Assembly (NCBI GenBank): GCA_049510745.1
Contig: JBEKYR010000002.1
Coordinates: 1-64,000 of the forward strand
Source: Verrucomicrobiota bacterium
GTDB taxonomy: Bacteria; Verrucomicrobiota; Verrucomicrobiia; Limisphaerales; Palsa-1400
Direction: 5' to 3'
DNA length: 64,000 nt
In this document: piece by piece, positions 10,782 through 20,510 of the stretch
Numbering within the stretch: position 1 is the first letter of the stretch
How the letters are laid out: every line of letters begins with the position of its first letter
Translations under genes and position numbers: made by a program
Notes under the pieces: generated by a model
The model's database searches: none
What the model saw: only the letters and a program-made list of their open reading frames with translations
What the model was told of the DNA's origin: nothing

Positions 10782-11922
10782 GGCAAGGTTCCGGCATGGT
10801 TTCGAACGGGTTGCTTTTCGGTTTGACGGGTTCGGCCGCGAAGCGGGAGATGCTCAGAAGCAGGCCGACCGATACGAGCATGAGAACCAGGTTGGAGCCG
10901 CCGTAGCTGATGAACGGCAGCGGCATCCCTTTGTTGGGCAGCATGCTGGTGACGACGCCCATGTTGATGAAGGCCTGCAGTCCGATCATGGACGTGATTC
11001 CCGCGCCCAACAGCAGGCCAAAGGCATCGCTCGACCGCCGCGCGACATAGAAGCCGCACACCACCAAGGCGATGAACAGGAGCACCACCGCCAGGGTCGC
11101 GACCAGCCCCAATTCCTCTCCGATGATCGAAAAAATGAAGTCCGTGTGGTGCTCGGGAACGAAGCCCAGCTTCTGGCGTCCGTTGCCCAGGCCCAGGCCC
11201 GTCCAGCCGCCCGATCCCAGCGCGATCATGGCCTCGTAAGCCTGGTAGCCCACGCCGTCTTTGCACTCCTCCGGATGCAGCCAGGCATGGATGCGGGTCA
11301 GCCGCATCGAGTCATGCAAGAGCGAAACGGCCAGCCCGGCAACCAGCAGCATCGCGGGCGGGACAATGAACCTGAGCCGCGCGCCCGCCAGGATCAACAT
11401 CACGCCGCAGACCGCCGCTAGCAGAATGGTGCAGCCGCGGTCCGGCTCGATAAAAATCAAGGCGAGCACCGCGGCGATGATCACGCCCGGGAGCAACAGC
11501 CCTTTCCTGAACCCCGCCATTTGCCGTTGAAACCGGTCGCCGTAAGAGGCCAGAAACAGGATCAGCGCCAGCTTGGCCAGTTCCGACGGCTGGAAATGCG
11601 GCCCGGCCAGGCCGATCCAGCGATGGGCGCCGTTGCGGGCAATCCCGATGACCGGGGCGAACACCAGCGCGAGCAGCAAGAGCGAAACCCCCAGCAGCCA
11701 CGGGGCGGCCTTCTTGAGTCTGCGGTAATCCAGGGCGGCGGCGGCCAGGCACCCGATCAGGCCGATGGCGCACCAGCAGAGCTGCGACAACAGAAGGTGC
11801 GCCCCGACGGCGGCCTGGTTTTTGCCGATCTCCATGTTCATGCTCGAGCTGTAGAGCATGACCATTCCCAAGCCAATCAATACAGCCACACAAAAAATCA
11901 GAATGGTTGTCGCCCATTTCAT
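10774..11922 (-). CDS. ftsW: SEDS peptidoglycan polymerase FtsW
   Basis: NGAHRWI, FQPSELAK, PEHHTDFIF, PNKGMPLPFISYGGS. Confidence 0.95.
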   Translation of the reverse strand: MKWATTILIFCVAVLIGLGMVMLYSSSMNMEIGKNQAAVGAHLLLSQLCWCAIGLIGCLAAAALDYRRLKKAAPWLLGVSLLLLALVFAPVIGIARNGAHRWIGLAGPHFQPSELAKLALILFLASYGDRFQRQMAGFRKGLLLPGVIIAAVLALIFIEPDRGCTILLAAVCGVMLILAGARLRFIVPPAMLLVAGLAVSLLHDSMRLTRIHAWLHPEECKDGVGYQAYEAMIALGSGGWTGLGLGNGRQKLGFVPEHHTDFIFSIIGEELGLVATLAVVLLFIALVVCGFYVARRSSDAFGLLLGAGITSMIGLQAFINMGVVTSMLPNKGMPLPFISYGGSNLVLMLVSVGLLLSISRFAAEPVKPKSNPFETMPEPCHA

Positions 11923-11987
11923 CTCGGCGTGGTCAGGGCATGGACATCAGGCGGAGGGCTGCCTGATGTCCTGGATTGCGCGGCGCG

Positions 11988-12821
11988 CTAATTCGCCACG
12001 CCCGCCGGGGCGGGCGCCGGTGCGGCAGCCGTGGAAACAGGCATCGGACTGGCCGCCGGCAGCGGTTGAGCGGTGGAAGCCGACGCCGGAATCGCCTCGG
12101 TGCCTGCCGGTTTCGGAGCGGGCATCTTGAGTTTCTGGCCCACGCGAATGGAGGTGGTCTTGAGATCGTTCACAGCCATGAGCTTCTTGAAGGATGTGCC
12201 GTGGGCCCGGGCGATTTTGCCCAGGGTGTCGCCGGTTTTCACCACATAGACCGAGCCTTCGGCGGCAACGGCTTCCGGAGCCGGGGCTGCGCCGGGGGTC
12301 GCGGCCACTGCCGCAGTCGCACCGGGAATCTGCACTTTCTGGCCGATTCTGAGTTTCTTTGCGTCCACCCCGGGATTGGCATCCATCATCGCCTTCAACG
12401 AAAGATGGTTCCTCCTGGCAATGGCGCCTAGAGTGTCGCCGGCTGCGATGACGTATTCCCGGCCCTCAGCCGCGGGAGCCATCGGGGCGGCAGGGGCCAC
12501 CGCAGGCTGGGGTTGCGGCGCGACCGGCTGGATTGCCGGCTGTGGAGTGGCGGGTTGCTGGGCCACAAACTGGTTGGACAGGGCCGCGGGAGTGACCGGC
12601 GGCAGAGTTTCCGGACCGATGTTACTCGTGCTGGCGTAGCCCGGTTCGGTGGAATTGGGGGAGTTGCCGGATTCCTTGGTCGTGTCCTTGCAGCCTTGCA
12701 AGAGCATGCCGCCGATGAGGACGACGTGGACCCCCAAGATCATCAGGATTTTGAAGTAGAGGCTGGATTTACCGCGAGGAGGCGTGGTGCCCTGCGGGAC
12801 AAGTGGACTGATCGTATTCAT
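11988..12821 (-). CDS. Membrane-anchored protein with two LysM domains
   Basis: Hydrophobic segment ending LLQGC, Pro/Ala linkers, YVIAAGDTLGAIA and YVVKTGDTLGKIA LysM repeats. Confidence 0.88.
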   Translation of the reverse strand: MNTISPLVPQGTTPPRGKSSLYFKILMILGVHVVLIGGMLLQGCKDTTKESGNSPNSTEPGYASTSNIGPETLPPVTPAALSNQFVAQQPATPQPAIQPVAPQPQPAVAPAAPMAPAAEGREYVIAAGDTLGAIARRNHLSLKAMMDANPGVDAKKLRIGQKVQIPGATAAVAATPGAAPAPEAVAAEGSVYVVKTGDTLGKIARAHGTSFKKLMAVNDLKTTSIRVGQKLKMPAPKPAGTEAIPASASTAQPLPAASPMPVSTAAAPAPAPAGVAN

Positions 12822-13250
12822 AATGTGTGGGCGTTGTTGCAGTTATTATTGTGAGGAGTGTGGTTCGTTTTGTTTGCGCCGTGGTTTTCCCTCAAAAACC
12901 GCGGAGCAAAGAGCAAAATTCTTTCAAAAATCGGCATTTTCGGTCCTAGTTTCGCTAATTTCATTCTTTCAAAATCCTTATCAACATCTGTATCTTGTGG
13001 TTCCGGGGCCGTCATGCCACAACGTATTGGGCATCCAAGGCCCCGAACCCACCTGAGCAAGATTTCACCCGCCTGGGAGTTTTTGAAATTGAATCAGCAC
13101 TCGAACAAGCTGGTGAATCTGAAATTACGCCGCCTTGAAACGGGTTTCTCTCCGCTTCGGATACCGTTTGTAGCAACCTTGGCCGCGCCATGCAAGCGGG
13201 AAAATGGTGTTCCGGCAGAATTTTTTTCGGGCGGTTGTGGCGTTGGGGGT

Positions 13251-14405
13251 TCATCGGATTTTCAGGGTGCTCAGGGCGACCACGGCGCACAGAACGCACA
13301 AGATGTAGAATCGGGTCACGATCTGCGACTCATACCAGCCCAGTTTCTCGAAATGATGATGGAGCGGGGCCTTCAGAAAGACGCGGCGGCCCTCGCCATA
13401 CATGTATTTGGTATATTTGAACCAGCCGCGTTGGATGAGGACCGACCCGGCTTCGGCCACAAAAACGCCGCCGGCCAGCGCCAGCACCAGGGGTTGATGG
13501 ATCAGCACCGCCACCAGGGCCAGCACCCCGCCCAGCGCCAGGGAACCGGTGTCGCCCATGAACATCTGCGCCGGATGGCAGTTGAACCACATGAAACCGA
13601 GGCAGGCCCCAATCATCGCCGCGCAGAACACGGTCAGTTCCCCGGCGCCGCTGACGTGCGGGATTTGCAGATAGGCGGCGGAGCGGGCGTTGCCCGCCAG
13701 GTATGTCAAGACTAGAAAGACAAAGGAGACGATGGCCGTGCAGCCGATGGCCAGCCCGTCCAGCCCGTCGGTCAGATTGACGGCGTTGGAGCTGCCGACG
13801 ATGGCCAGGGCTGTCAAGACTATCCCGACGGCGACCCCGGCGGAGCCTTGCAGGACGGGATGTTTGTAGAAGGGGACCATGACCTGGCTGATGAGCAGGC
13901 TGGTGGCCGGCAGGCGCCAGAGGTAAAGGGCGATGAAGAGGGCCAGGGCGCCCTGCACCCAGAGCTTGATGAATTCCCGCACGCCCTGGCTGTTCTGGCG
14001 GGTGATCTTGGCGTAGTCGTCCAGAAAGCCCAGCCCGCACAGGACGACGACAGTCAACAATGTCAATTGAATGAGCGTGTTCCAGCGCGCCCAGAGCAGG
14101 GTCGTCACGTCCAGCACCAGCACGATCATCAGCCCGCCCATGGTGGGGGTGCCGGCCTTGCTCAGGATGCGGGCCTGCAAGCCGCCCCCGGCCTCGGCGC
14201 GGTCGGCGTAGTCCTGGACAAACTTCAATTCCTTCAGCCACCGGATCATCCGCGGTCCCAGCCACCAACTCAAAGCCAGGGCGGTGAGGGCCGCGCCGGC
14301 GCTGCGAAAAGTGATGTAGGCGAACAGGCGCAAGGGCGAGAGCGCCTGGCGCAAGGCCGAGTCTTTGGGCAGCGCGGCGGCGAGTTGGCTGAGGTAAAAG
14401 AGCAT
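13251..14405 (-). CDS. mraY: Phospho-N-acetylmuramoyl-pentapeptide transferase
   Basis: KAGTPTMGG, GFLDDY, NAVNLTDGLDGLA, FMGDTGSLALG, APLHHHFE. Confidence 0.96.
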   Translation of the reverse strand: MLFYLSQLAAALPKDSALRQALSPLRLFAYITFRSAGAALTALALSWWLGPRMIRWLKELKFVQDYADRAEAGGGLQARILSKAGTPTMGGLMIVLVLDVTTLLWARWNTLIQLTLLTVVVLCGLGFLDDYAKITRQNSQGVREFIKLWVQGALALFIALYLWRLPATSLLISQVMVPFYKHPVLQGSAGVAVGIVLTALAIVGSSNAVNLTDGLDGLAIGCTAIVSFVFLVLTYLAGNARSAAYLQIPHVSGAGELTVFCAAMIGACLGFMWFNCHPAQMFMGDTGSLALGGVLALVAVLIHQPLVLALAGGVFVAEAGSVLIQRGWFKYTKYMYGEGRRVFLKAPLHHHFEKLGWYESQIVTRFYILCVLCAVVALSTLKIR

Positions 14406-14406
14406 A

Positions 14407-15804
14407 TCAGGCGTGGTGGTTGGCGGCTGGGCCGCGCAAGACCTCGGTGATCCGCTCCAGCCCCATCGAGCGCGAGGCCTTGACCAGCACGACGTCACCG
14501 GGCCGCGCGAACTCCTTGACCGCCTGGGCCGCGCTCTCGACCTCCGCGATTTCCACCACCGTTTTAAGCCCCCTCTCCCGCGCGGCGGCGGCGATCTGGC
14601 CAGCCCGGCGGCCAATGGCAAACAACTGGTCCAGGCGCGACTCGGCGGCCCGCCGGCCGACTTCGAGATGGGCCGCGCTGGAGCAGTCGCCCAGCTCGGC
14701 CATGTCGCCCAAGACCGCCACCCGCCGTCCCACGCAAGGCAGTTCGCGCAAGGTTCGCAGCGCGGCCAGCATGGAGTCGGCGTTGGCGTTGTAACAATCG
14801 TCCAGGATGCGGATGCCGGCGGGATTGCAAAGTTGAAGGCGCATTTTGGCAGGGGCGCAGGCGAGGAGGCCGCGCTCGATCTCAGTGCGGCTCAGACCCA
14901 TTTCCGCCCCGACGGCAAAGGCCAGGAGCGCGTTGATCACCTGGTGCCGGCCCAGGAGGCGGGTGCGATATTCTCCGGAGAGTCCGGGGTAACGGCAGTC
15001 CACGAAGAAGGCCGCGCCGTTCTCGTCCAGCCGCAGGTCGCGGGCCACGCAGTCGTTATGCCGCTCCAGCCCCGCCAGGATGGTGCGGGCGCGGGTGCGC
15101 CGGGCGATGACTTCGCTCCAGGGGTCGTCGCCGTTGAGGAAGAGAACGCCATCGGTCGGCAGGACCTCGGCCAGAGTGCCTTCCTCGCGCGCGACACCCA
15201 CCAGGTCGTGGAAGAATTCAAGGTGCTCCCGGCCAATGCTGGTGAGCACCGCCATGCGCGGCGCCATCATTTGCAGCAGCGGCCGCAGCTCGCCCGGATG
15301 ATTGGTGCCCGCCTCCAGCACCGCGGCCTGGTGCGCCCGTTCCAGCCGCAGCAGGGTCAGCGGCACCCCGATGTCGTTGTTGAAGCTGGCTTCGCTCCAG
15401 AGCGTGGCCTTCTTTTGGCGCAGGACCGAGGCGATCAGCTCTTTGGTGGTCGTCTTGCCGTTGGAGCCGCCGACGGCGACAATGGGCAGGTCGAAATCGC
15501 GCCGATAGGCCGCGCCCAGGCGGCCCAGGGCGCGCCGGGTATTGTCAACAATGATTATCCCGCAGCCCTCCAGCCCCGGCGGCAGTTTCCGGCGTTCGGC
15601 CACGACGGCGGCCACGCCGCGCCGGGCCACTTCCGGCAAAAAATTGTGGCCGTCAAAGCGCTCGCCGCCGAGCGCAAAAAACAGATCGCCCGGTTCGGCC
15701 AGGCGGGAGTCGGTTGCAATGCGGGCCACCGTCCGTTCGGGCGGGCCGCCGAGAAGGTCGCCTTCCATGACTGCGGCGACAGATTTGAGCGAGCGCGGTT
15801 CCAT
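14407..15804 (-). CDS. murF: UDP-MurNAc-tripeptide--D-Ala-D-Ala ligase
   Basis: TDSR, GSNGKTTTKE, FNNDIGVPLTL, DDCYNAN, LGDMAELG, LVKASR. Confidence 0.95.
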   Translation of the reverse strand: MEPRSLKSVAAVMEGDLLGGPPERTVARIATDSRLAEPGDLFFALGGERFDGHNFLPEVARRGVAAVVAERRKLPPGLEGCGIIIVDNTRRALGRLGAAYRRDFDLPIVAVGGSNGKTTTKELIASVLRQKKATLWSEASFNNDIGVPLTLLRLERAHQAAVLEAGTNHPGELRPLLQMMAPRMAVLTSIGREHLEFFHDLVGVAREEGTLAEVLPTDGVLFLNGDDPWSEVIARRTRARTILAGLERHNDCVARDLRLDENGAAFFVDCRYPGLSGEYRTRLLGRHQVINALLAFAVGAEMGLSRTEIERGLLACAPAKMRLQLCNPAGIRILDDCYNANADSMLAALRTLRELPCVGRRVAVLGDMAELGDCSSAAHLEVGRRAAESRLDQLFAIGRRAGQIAAAARERGLKTVVEIAEVESAAQAVKEFARPGDVVLVKASRSMGLERITEVLRGPAANHHA

Positions 15805-15859
15805 GAGCTTTCAGCAAATTTCGGAAAGAACGCCCTTCCGGCGGGGCGGCTCTCCGGGT

Positions 15860-17728
15860 TTAATTGTTTTTTCCCAATCGGCCGCCCGGGCCGCCGCCGT
15901 CGGCGGCCGTCAACGTCTGGTTGACGGGCGGTTCCACTTCGATGTCCGGTTTTAAATTCAAATAGTTGGCCGCCCGCTCCGCCATGGCGTGGAAGACCGG
16001 CGCGGCGATCAGGCCGCCGTAATGGCCGTCCTTCGCTTCGTCCATCACCACCAGGATGCACAACTCGGGATGATCGGCCGGAAAAAAGCCGACAAACGAC
16101 GAAAAAAACTTCTGCACGTATTGGCCGTGCTCGACCTTATTCGCCGTGCCGGTCTTGCCCGCGACGGTGTAATGGTCCAGGCTCGCCTGCACGGCGGTGC
16201 CTTCGCGCGTGACCACTGTTTTCAGGGCGCGGACCATGTCGGCCATCGCTTCCGGCCCGGCGACCCGGCGGACGGGCTGCGGGTCGTAGTGCGCGACGAC
16301 GTGGCCGCCGGGCTCTTCGAGGCGGCTGACCAGCATGGGGCGCATGAGCACGCCGTTGTTGGCGATGGCGCACATGGCCAGGGCCATTTGCAGAGGCGTC
16401 ACGGCGATGCCCTGGCCCATCGGGATTTGGGCGATCGACACCTTGCTCCAGTCGTGCAGGGGATGAACAATGCCCGCCGCCTCGCCGGGCAGGGGCAGGC
16501 CCGTGCGCTGGCCGAAGCCGAAGTTGTGGATGTATTCCCAGAGCTTTTCTTCACCGAGCCGGATGCCGATTTTGGCCGCGCCGATGTTGGAGGACTTGGT
16601 GATGATGTTCTCGACGGTGAGCAGGCCGTAGCTCTCGTGATCATGCAAGACGCGGCCGGCGTAAAGGAAATGCCCATGCTCGCAGTCAAAGATATCGTTA
16701 AGCGTGACGGCGCGCTCGTTCAGGCCGGCGCTGACCACCACAATTTTAAAGGTCGAGCCGGGTTCGAGGATGTCCGAGATGACGCGGTCGCGCAGGGCGT
16801 CCATGGGGAAGTCGCCGGCATGGTTGGGATCGAAATTGGGCAGCGTGGCCAGGGCCAGAATCTCGCCTGTGCGCGGGCGGAGCATGAGGGCGGAGGCGCT
16901 GATGGGGGAATGCTTTTCCATGCCGATGGCCAATTCGCTCTCCAGGATGTTCTGCAGGCCGGCATCGAGGGTCAGCACGACATTGAGGCCGTCGCGCGGG
17001 GCCACGTCCTCATCGCGGTAGGCGACCAACTCGCGCTGGCGCTTGTCCATCTCCGTCTTGCGCCAGCCGGGAATGCCGCTGAGCTTGGAGTTAAAGGCCA
17101 GCTCGATGCCGTCGAAGCCGGTGAGTTCATCGTCGCCGGCCACGTAACCCAAAACATGGGCCGCCAGGCGCTGTCCGGGATAATACCGGATTTGGTCCTC
17201 GTTGGAGAAAACCGCCTTGGTGCGGAGATTGTGGTAGAAGGCCCTTTGGCGCGGGGGCAGTTTCGCCTCGTTGATGGCCGGGCAAAGCTGGGCTATGGTT
17301 TGCCTGATTTTTTCCCACGTTTCGAGCGGCACTTTGCGCTTGAGGACGACGTACCTGGAAAGGTTGGTTTTGCCGTGGTCGGCCCAAAGACGCGGGAGGA
17401 GGCGTTCAGCCAGGCGGGTTTCATCGGAGCCGAGCAAAGGGGCCAGGGCGCGGGCGACTTCCTGGCGATGGTCGCCGAGCAAGGTGGGGTCGGCGCAAAC
17501 GACCTTGGCAGGCTGGCTGGTGGCCAGCGGGATGCCGCGGCAGTCGAGAATCTGCCCGCGAACCGGTTGGCGCTGGAAGGTTCGGACCGTGTTGCCGGCC
17601 GCCAGCTTCTGGAGTTCGTCATGGCGCAAGACCTGCAAATCCACCAGGCGGAAGCCGAGCGCCGCCAGCGCGCCGCTCAGGAAAAAGGCCAGCCAGAATA
17701 ACTTTCGGTATTGCGTCGCCACATTCAT
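15860..17728 (-). CDS. ftsI: Class B penicillin-binding protein (FtsI/PBP3)
   Basis: RGQILD, EPGSTFK (SxxK), KSSNIG (SxN), GKTGTA (KTG). Confidence 0.93.
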   Translation of the reverse strand: MNVATQYRKLFWLAFFLSGALAALGFRLVDLQVLRHDELQKLAAGNTVRTFQRQPVRGQILDCRGIPLATSQPAKVVCADPTLLGDHRQEVARALAPLLGSDETRLAERLLPRLWADHGKTNLSRYVVLKRKVPLETWEKIRQTIAQLCPAINEAKLPPRQRAFYHNLRTKAVFSNEDQIRYYPGQRLAAHVLGYVAGDDELTGFDGIELAFNSKLSGIPGWRKTEMDKRQRELVAYRDEDVAPRDGLNVVLTLDAGLQNILESELAIGMEKHSPISASALMLRPRTGEILALATLPNFDPNHAGDFPMDALRDRVISDILEPGSTFKIVVVSAGLNERAVTLNDIFDCEHGHFLYAGRVLHDHESYGLLTVENIITKSSNIGAAKIGIRLGEEKLWEYIHNFGFGQRTGLPLPGEAAGIVHPLHDWSKVSIAQIPMGQGIAVTPLQMALAMCAIANNGVLMRPMLVSRLEEPGGHVVAHYDPQPVRRVAGPEAMADMVRALKTVVTREGTAVQASLDHYTVAGKTGTANKVEHGQYVQKFFSSFVGFFPADHPELCILVVMDEAKDGHYGGLIAAPVFHAMAERAANYLNLKPDIEVEPPVNQTLTAADGGGPGGRLGKNN

Positions 17729-17796
17729 TTCAAAGCATCAGCCGGCCGCCCGCGCCGTTCAGTTCCTCCCCCCAAACCACGCGAGCGGCGGCTAAA

Positions 17797-18180
17797 TCAG
17801 TTTCTGCGCCCTCCCACGCCCGCCTGGGCCTGCCGCTGGTCGGCGGCGGGTTGAACGGCCTGCTCCGGGTCGGGCGTGTCCACCAGGCGGATGACCTGGG
17901 AGAGCGCCGGCGGGCCGAGACCGAGATTCAGTTTTTTCACGCGGGCGTCCAAGGCAACGGGGGAACATAAGATGGCCAGTTGATCACGCCGCATCTTGTT
18001 TTCCCGCTCCAACTCGGCCAGACGCAACTCGCGCTCCTTGATCTGCCGGCCCAGGACATCAATCTGGTTCTTATACCAGACGTATCCCACGCCCAGGGTG
18101 ACAAAGAAGGCGCACATCGCCAACGCCATCAGGACCGGCGCCAGCCGCAGGGCAGATTCACTTTTCCGGTTTCGGGCCAT
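17797..18180 (-). CDS. ftsL: FtsL-like septum protein
   Basis: One TM segment followed by a coiled coil; lies between rsmH and ftsI. Confidence 0.65.
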   Translation of the reverse strand: MARNRKSESALRLAPVLMALAMCAFFVTLGVGYVWYKNQIDVLGRQIKERELRLAELERENKMRRDQLAILCSPVALDARVKKLNLGLGPPALSQVIRLVDTPDPEQAVQPAADQRQAQAGVGGRRN

Positions 18181-18206
18181 CCGCTTTTCTCAACTCCGTT
18201 CTTTGC

Positions 18207-19142
18207 TCAAATTTTCAGTTTCTCCAGCACCCGGCATTGGGCGCTGCGGCTGCGCGGATTGTCGCGCAACTCCGCCGGGCCGGGCACGATCGCCTTGCGC
18301 GACACCCACCGCGCCTGGGGTGGACGCGCCTGCCGCAATTCCGGCACGTCCACCTCCCCGGGCAGGTCGTAACCCCGCGACAGACGGCGGCCAAACTCCT
18401 TCACCACCCGGTCCTCCACCGAGTGGAAGGTGATGGCCGCCAGTCTGCCGCCGGGCTTCAAAATCTTCATCGCCGCTTCCAGTCCGCGGCGCAACGAGTC
18501 CAGCTCGTCATTGACCGCCACGCGCAGCGCCAGAAACACTTTCGTCGCCGGGTGCGTCTTGCGCCCGGCCCGCGGCGAGATTCTTTCCATCAACGCGGCC
18601 AATTGCCGCGTCCGCGTGAAGGGCCGTTGCTCGCGCTCGCGCGCCACTTCCCGCGCCACCCGCCGCGCTTGCTGTTCGCCGCCGTATTTCCAAAAAATCT
18701 CCGCCAACTCGTCCGCGGTCGCCTGGTTCAGCAGCATCGCCGCCGTCAGTTCCTGCCCCTGGTCCATCCGCATGTCCAACGGGCCATCCTGCTGAAAGCT
18801 GAAACCGCGCCCGGGCGCGTCCAATTGTGGTGAACTGACCCCAAGGTCCAGCAGCACCCCGTCGCAGCTTTCCGCCGCGATCCAATCGGCCATCCCGGCA
18901 AAGTCCCCCTGCCGGATCTCAAATCGGCCCGCAAACTCGGCCAGCCGCTCCCGCGCCGCTTCCACCGCCGCGGCATCCCGGTCGCATCCCACCAGGCGGC
19001 CCGTCGGCGCGCTCGCCCGCAAAATCGCCGCGGCGTGCCCGCCACCGCCGAGCGTCCCGTCGGCCACCAGGCTGCCCGGCGTCGGACGCAGGGCCGCGAG
19101 CACCTCCGCTTCCATGACCGATTTGTGAGCAAAGCCAGGCAC
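18207..19142 (-). CDS. rsmH: 16S rRNA m4C1402 methyltransferase
   Basis: DGTLGGGGH, DLGVSSPQLD, GPLDMRMD, FHSVEDR, NPRSRSA. Confidence 0.96.
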   Translation of the reverse strand: MPGFAHKSVMEAEVLAALRPTPGSLVADGTLGGGGHAAAILRASAPTGRLVGCDRDAAAVEAARERLAEFAGRFEIRQGDFAGMADWIAAESCDGVLLDLGVSSPQLDAPGRGFSFQQDGPLDMRMDQGQELTAAMLLNQATADELAEIFWKYGGEQQARRVAREVAREREQRPFTRTRQLAALMERISPRAGRKTHPATKVFLALRVAVNDELDSLRRGLEAAMKILKPGGRLAAITFHSVEDRVVKEFGRRLSRGYDLPGEVDVPELRQARPPQARWVSRKAIVPGPAELRDNPRSRSAQCRVLEKLKI

Positions 19143-19145
19143 CGA

Positions 19146-19673
19146 TCATGGTTTCCCCATCAGTTTCTCAGGCTCAACCGTTTCACTCTGAGCCGGTTTG
19201 AGCGTCTTCTTTTCCAGCCCGGCGCTTTTTTCCACCGTCACCACTTCCAGGTCGTCTTCGCTTAAATCGTTGCGCACTACGGTCACTTTGTTCAAAGCCA
19301 GTTCGGTTTGGACGGACCGCGCGCGCCCGGCGGGGCTTTTGCGCCGCAAAAGGAATTCCTTCCACCAACGCGCGGCGCGGCGCCAGATGCCTTCGGGCGA
19401 TGGCCGGTCCTCCGGCGGCTTGACCGCCACTTTGGGCGCAGTCGGGGCCGCGTCGTCGCGTTTTGGTGAAACGGCCGCTTCCACCGCCGGATGCGGTGGC
19501 TCAAACAGCGCCGTTTGGGAAGGTTCCGGGGCCGGGCGGGACGTGGTGGGGGGCGGACGTTTTGGCCCGGCAAAGTGGGGCAGCACGTTTCCGGCCGGCA
19601 GTTTGTAAGCGCCCCGGCGGTCCTTCACGCCTCCGAAGGTGTGCCCCTTGGTCAATAAACTCAACGGATTCAT
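19146..19673 (-). CDS. Pro-rich hypothetical protein between mraZ and rsmH
   Basis: 175-aa ORF tightly abutting both neighbours (1-3 bp gaps). Confidence 0.7.
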   Translation of the reverse strand: MNPLSLLTKGHTFGGVKDRRGAYKLPAGNVLPHFAGPKRPPPTTSRPAPEPSQTALFEPPHPAVEAAVSPKRDDAAPTAPKVAVKPPEDRPSPEGIWRRAARWWKEFLLRRKSPAGRARSVQTELALNKVTVVRNDLSEDDLEVVTVEKSAGLEKKTLKPAQSETVEPEKLMGKP

Positions 19674-19674
19674 G

Positions 19675-20133
19675 CTACTCCATCATTTGCAGGGCCTGCT
19701 GCAACAGCGCGTCGTCCATCCCTTCCACCTGCGTGTAACGAGCCGGGCTCCAAATCTCGAAGCGATCCAGCATCCCCACCAGCACCGCCTGGGTTTTGAT
19801 GTCCGCCGCCGCCGCCATGTCTTCGGGAATGGCAATGCGCCCGGCGCTGTCAAGTTTTGCCTGGATTAAGCGGCGGGCGATGCTGCGTTTCAAAACGGTT
19901 TTATTGGGATCGCTGTTGGCCATGGCGTCAATCTCGGCCCTCAATTTTACCCATTGCGCGGGGGGCAAAACTCGCAAGCAGGTACCAGCACGGTGCTGGG
20001 GCCAGACGACCAGCGTGAACTCGGTCGGCTCGCTCGGACGCCAGCGAAAAGGCACGGACACGCGGCGCTTGTCGTCCACACTGTGGCGATAAACCGAGCT
20101 GTAAGTGATTCCGTTTGTGGCCTCTTCGGGCAT
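19675..20133 (-). CDS. mraZ: Transcriptional regulator MraZ
   Basis: Two DxxxR repeats (HSVDDKRRVSVP, LDSAGRIAIP), VGMLDRFEIW. Confidence 0.93.
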   Translation of the reverse strand: MPEEATNGITYSSVYRHSVDDKRRVSVPFRWRPSEPTEFTLVVWPQHRAGTCLRVLPPAQWVKLRAEIDAMANSDPNKTVLKRSIARRLIQAKLDSAGRIAIPEDMAAAADIKTQAVLVGMLDRFEIWSPARYTQVEGMDDALLQQALQMME

Positions 20134-20150
20134 AATTTCTATTGCACTTT

Positions 20151-20215
20151 CTCACTGTTTACGCGATTCTCCCATTTCGACCCACAATTTACCAGAGTTT
20201 ACCACCTTATGTCAA
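20151..20215 (-). promoter_or_regulatory. dcw sigma70 promoter overlapped by MraZ boxes
   Basis: Minus strand: TTGACA (20215-20210), 18 bp, TAAATT (20191-20186); GTGGT/CTGGT/GTGGG/ATGGG repeats at exact 10-bp spacing. Confidence 0.75.
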
Positions 20216-20223
20216 GCAAGAAG

Positions 20224-20243
20224 TTATTCACATTTTATTCACA
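20224..20243 (+). promoter_or_regulatory. Two tandem DnaA boxes
   Basis: TTATTCACA at 20224-20232 and 20235-20243 (consensus TTATNCACA). Confidence 0.7.
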
Positions 20244-20488
20244 AACATGGTCATTCCCGATAAAATAAGGGGGGTATGACCGAAACGAGGGGCTTCACTC
20301 AAACTCGAAGGGGTGAGGGGTGCCAAGTTGGCTGGGGAAAGCGTCCTCCGGTGGCCGAGGCGAATCGCGCGTGAACTGCTGTTGTTTCCTCAGCGAGTCC
20401 TTAATTCCAGTCCGAATCCTTGGCGACTTTTTGGGAGCACTAATGAAAAATCACTTGGCACCTTCTGCAAGCCCAGCGCCTTGAAAGT

Positions 20489-20510
20489 CATACTGTCATA
20501 TGACAGTATG
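20489..20510. repeat. Perfect 22-bp palindrome
   Basis: CATACTGTCATATGACAGTATG equals its own reverse complement. Confidence 0.85.

Noticed and set aside
12822..13250. murD remnant or small ORFs in the mraY-LysM gap
   Set aside because: No Mur ligase motifs in the listed translations; it looks like an AT-rich promoter region.
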